In this document: positions 60,171-64,000 of the stretch, in pieces
Numbering within the stretch: position 1 is the stretch's first letter
How the letters are laid out: each line of letters opens with the position of its first letter
Assembly: GCA_002633005.1 (NCBI GenBank)
Contig: NMRA01000275.1
Coordinates: forward strand, 250,732 to 314,731
DNA length: 64,000 nt
From: Phoronis australis
Taxonomy: Eukaryota > Animalia > Phoronida
Direction: 5' to 3'
The notes under the pieces: generated by a model
What the model was told of the DNA's origin: nothing
Database searches by the model: none
The model's input: only the letters and a program-made list of their open reading frames with translations
Program-made: the position numbers and the translations under genes

Positions 60171-63100
60171 CAGAATGATCATAGCGTGCTAATTAAAAAT
60201 GTGTACTGTCGGGTTCAACGAAAACCATATTATATCTGCGCAATGTTTTTAATTTTGCTAATAGCGAATCAATCCGGAACGTACAAGTGAATTAAATGCA
60301 CAAATTCAATCACGCCTTTGCACATATTACAGAAATTCAGGTTTTGAATAAGTAGTCTAATTGTTTTTTTATTTCAAGAATCTGTTGTACGAAAAGGCAA
60401 CGCCATTTCGCCCTATTTTCGAAAGTATGGTTTTGACTGCAACTAAAATGCATTTGGCGCTGTGGGGTTAAATTACGAGGAATGTGTTGACGATTTGCGC
60501 GAGAAGTGTTAATTTTATGAAGATAAAGACACGAAGTGAACAGCTCTCCTGGGAATGTGTGGGCCGGGCTCTGGGGGCTCGAACGAAGTGGGCAAAAACT
60601 TCCAACTCTGAGAGACAAAAAGTCCGAGAAAATAAGTCCATTAAACATGTGCAAACACGTAATTCACAGTGGTGCTCCCGTTTTTTTTTTCTTTTTTAGT
60701 CCGCCCACTTTTTTGTTACCAAGAGGTCCACAAAATCAGGAATTCGAGCCCCCCGGTATTGAAGGCTGAGTGGGTGCGCGCATGTAGCTGTTACAATTCC
60801 CCGTAGTGTTGACCCATTCTATCTGGTATTTTTCTGTGAGAAGTTTGCGCCAAAGTAAACCTAACTGTGGTGAAATTCATCTTACAATTTGTAGCCTACA
60901 ACGTTGCAATCCTTTGGGAAGCATGTGCCTTGTGACTTTGCCACCACACCAGCTTTTAAGCGGCTACTAAACCGGGCCCAAAAAGTTTTCCGCCCGAGAT
61001 TTTGGCAACTCACCAACCATAATATAATTTTAATTAGGTTGAAATATGATCACTATATTTTTAAATTATGCTTGAATTATACATGGTGGTTATACATGTT
61101 AGGTTTTATTTTCTTTTTTTCAGTGTCTCGTGATGTCTGTGGTCTCGTTAGCCAACAACCGTAGTCCAGCAGAGACGGACTCCGCAGCTGATGGTTCACC
61201 ACCAAGTAGAAACGGCTGTAATATTTTATGTACTATCAATACTAAGGCAAAAGACAGTGGTTTCAACATATAATAGTATCTATTTAACGATCTGAACATA
61301 CGTAGGTAGTGGCAGCAAATTGCTAGCATTCACTATAAACGTGTTGGTGGCAATGATATGATAACAGCTGACAGAGTGATGCACTGAACTCATTTTACAA
61401 CGGCGTTGTGACGTCAGTATCTGTAGAATGTAGGTCAAAGTGTTGGGTCAAGATTCAGTTCCCCAAGAATGTCACATGACTGTGAGCAGCGCTACCTGTT
61501 AGTATAGCGTCATTGCATCCTGCGCCATCTGTTTGTGGTAAAGGTTTTGGATGGGTACCTTTGGCAGAGTGGTGTGAGAATTTTAACGAGAGTATTTATT
61601 GTTTCCGCTTGCTTATTACTCTTTTACATTACGTAATTCCATGATAGCTGTTTTGAGTGAACGTATTCTCTTTTCCAAGTCAACTAGTGGGTGTGATTTG
61701 GACGTGGAATTGCGGATTTCTGTGAGCTTGCCTGATTCCTCTGTCGAGTCCAAGTGCAAGACCTGGAAAAGTGATAACATCGCACCACCGGACTCCAAAG
61801 GCAAAGCTCACTTCTGACTCTTGCCAAAATGACAATGTTAAGCGGTTTCCTTGGGTCCGCCCAAGACTGGCGTGGGCTTAATATTTCTGAATTGGTGGAA
61901 TCTCTTCTTCATGTAAGTTTTCCCATGGGTACCATTAACCGGTAAACCAACGTCTTACTTATTTTCCAAACGGTTTACGCATTTTCTGTTTAGCTTAGTT
62001 ATTTCCCTAATCCATAAGCTATCGTACGAAGTTACCAGGATACATATTAATACAGTCATACCTCTATTTCTTTAGTTAGTGATTTGTTGTGCAGTGACGC
62101 GACTCGTCTTCGGACTAGGCCAACCAAGCTGACACTGTTTCAGTGCACAGACTTAGTTTTGAGTACTGACCCTCTGGCCAGCTCGCATTCATGATAGGGT
62201 TGGAGGTTCACCTTCATTAGTTGTCTTCAACTACAGGGGATAGGAGCTGACTGGACTGTAGTTGCAATGAGGGGAATCTCCTTTGACACATCGGGGTCCT
62301 TAGGCTATTTCACTGACCCCCCACTAGTTTCCAAGGTCTTCCAGCTTGCAGTTGGCTCACTATCTGTACTGACTTCTAATGACTGCTAATATAGTATTCT
62401 TAGCAAATAGACTAATCTTATATACCAAACACGTCCACACTATAGTAGACTACCAAAAAACTAAGCATCACTAAGAAGTCAAAATTGGACAACTATAACT
62501 GTCAAACCCACGTGTTACACATAACTTAAAAAAAGCTGTCAAAAAGTCAAGTGCTACAAATGGGGACTTGTCTTGTAGATCCAAAAAACCCATGTTTTAA
62601 AAATCTAAGTTTTAAATTAAATGATTCTTGTTTCCATGGTTTCTGTGATATCAGAATGGAGCTTATTGTTGTTATTCTGCTTAATAAACTTCTTCATTCT
62701 TAGTTTGTCTTTTAATTAAGTTGCTGTAGATGTGCCGAATCAGGTTCTCAATTTTGGATGAGGGGACTCTTGCTTTGTTAAGTTTCTCAAAAAATAATGT
62801 TTGAGAAAATGTTAACATTATCACTAGCATGGTTTGTAATTGTAACTTTCATTAAACAAAAAATGAAATGTTAAATATTAAGAGTGTTATCAGGTTTTGA
62901 ATTTTGGAGAAATTGTGTGATTACTGTAATATCTGCGAAATTTCTTTTGTTCTAGGCGCCTTTCTACCATCTAATCTTTGAAGCTCTCCTGATAATATTC
63001 ATCATCCGACTTCTACTTGCAAAGAGTTACAGACCAGAGAAGAACGAGCTAACACTGCTGGTAAATTCATAATACTAGGTCTCACGTATTATTCAGCACT

Positions 63101-63224
63101 TGGGGAAATGGTATTTTACCCTGTCATGAATTGTGTTTGTTTGTACAGTATAGTCAACATTTTATGACCAATTGGCCAGAAACTTACATTTAACTGACTC
63201 CTCTGTTTCGTTTTTGTGTGATTA

Positions 63225-63960
63225 TGGTTGTAGGTGTTTTCTGTCATTGGCACTATTGATGTTGTCTGTACATTAGCATCTTTGGTAAAAGCATCATTTG
63301 GGTTGACTGAGTTGCTAATTTTGTCAGCATTTTTGTTGCTGTTCTTGTTGTTAGTAGCGTTGGCATTATTGCTGTTATCAGCATTGTTTTCGTTGGCTGT
63401 GGTGTTAGTGTTGGTATTTTGTTTTGGCGCTTTCGCTGTTGTTGGCTTGTTAGTGTTGTTGTGATGGTCAGTAACATGAGCTTTGGCAGTTGCATCGGAT
63501 GTGGCTGTGGGTGAGTCTCAGGTGTCGGCATTTTAGTCCTTCTTGGCGTCGACGTGATTGTCTGTGGTGTCTTTGTCAGTGTTAGTTGCCATCATTGGTG
63601 TGGAGGCCTTCATGATTGTCTTTACCTTTTTCACTAAATTTCGCCTTTTGTTGCTCTTAAGTGCACTTTTAATTTTTTGTTGTCAAAGTCTGTCAGCACC
63701 GTCTTTGAAAATCGTGGTTTGGTTCATGTTTTGGGTAGGAGTCCTTACGATTTTTTTAAGTAGCCAAATTATTCACAATAAAACCATGGATCTAACGAAA
63801 TTCATGGATGGGTTCAAAGGGAAGATCCGTATATATATCTGCTAATTTGACTTATTCCAGTTTGGACTTTTGTGATACCGTCTTTAAATGATTTGCACTG
63901 AATGTGGATTTCTATGTGTTTACGGGTGATACCATTGAATAATATGTATTAATAATGGTA
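63225..63960 (-). pseudogene. Stop-interrupted Asn/Thr/Lys-rich reading frame, probably a retrotransposon ORF remnant
   Basis: Long low-complexity frame (..NTNTNTTANENNADNSNNANATNKNSNKNADK..) with several in-frame stops; family not identified. Confidence 0.3.
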
Positions 63961-64000
63961 CTTATACTATTGAATTTTGCCTGTCTGTGAAGGGACATGT

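Noticed and set aside
61185-61222. ctgatgg...gaaac hammerhead-like string
   Set aside because: Core mismatch (G at A9) and no helix II pairing.
63234-63845. Hydrophobic plus-strand ORFs resembling membrane proteins
   Set aside because: They are the antisense reading of an AAC/ACA-rich low-complexity frame.

Overview
AT-rich, intron-rich animal genomic DNA from a draft assembly (N gaps at 974-980, 30885 and 58924-59180). An invertebrate deuterostome such as a hemichordate is my inference, not proven. Three protein-coding genes were reconstructed by hand. (1) A complete 13-exon PHACTR (phosphatase and actin regulator, 4 RPEL motifs plus PP1-binding C-terminus) on the minus strand, CDS 40897->4294, 1689 nt, 562 aa. 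(2) A complete syntenin/SDCBP (tandem PDZ) on the plus strand, CDS 43508->52040, 903 nt, 300 aa, head-to-head with PHACTR across a short shared promoter. (3) The 3' exons of a C1orf131/DUF4602-like gene on the minus strand, convergent with syntenin. Introns are packed with mobile DNA: a decayed LINE RT, a Penelope-like GIY-YIG fragment with inverted termini and a minimal hammerhead-like motif, Helentron-type non-autonomous elements carrying arrays of CTCF-like motifs, hAT-like and pogo-like MITEs, foldback palindromes and two minisatellites. The leads most worth following are the CTCF-motif-array Helentron elements, an in-frame cryptic PHACTR exon with hydrophobic segments, and the Penelope hammerhead. 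No CRISPR, rRNA or tRNA was seen.
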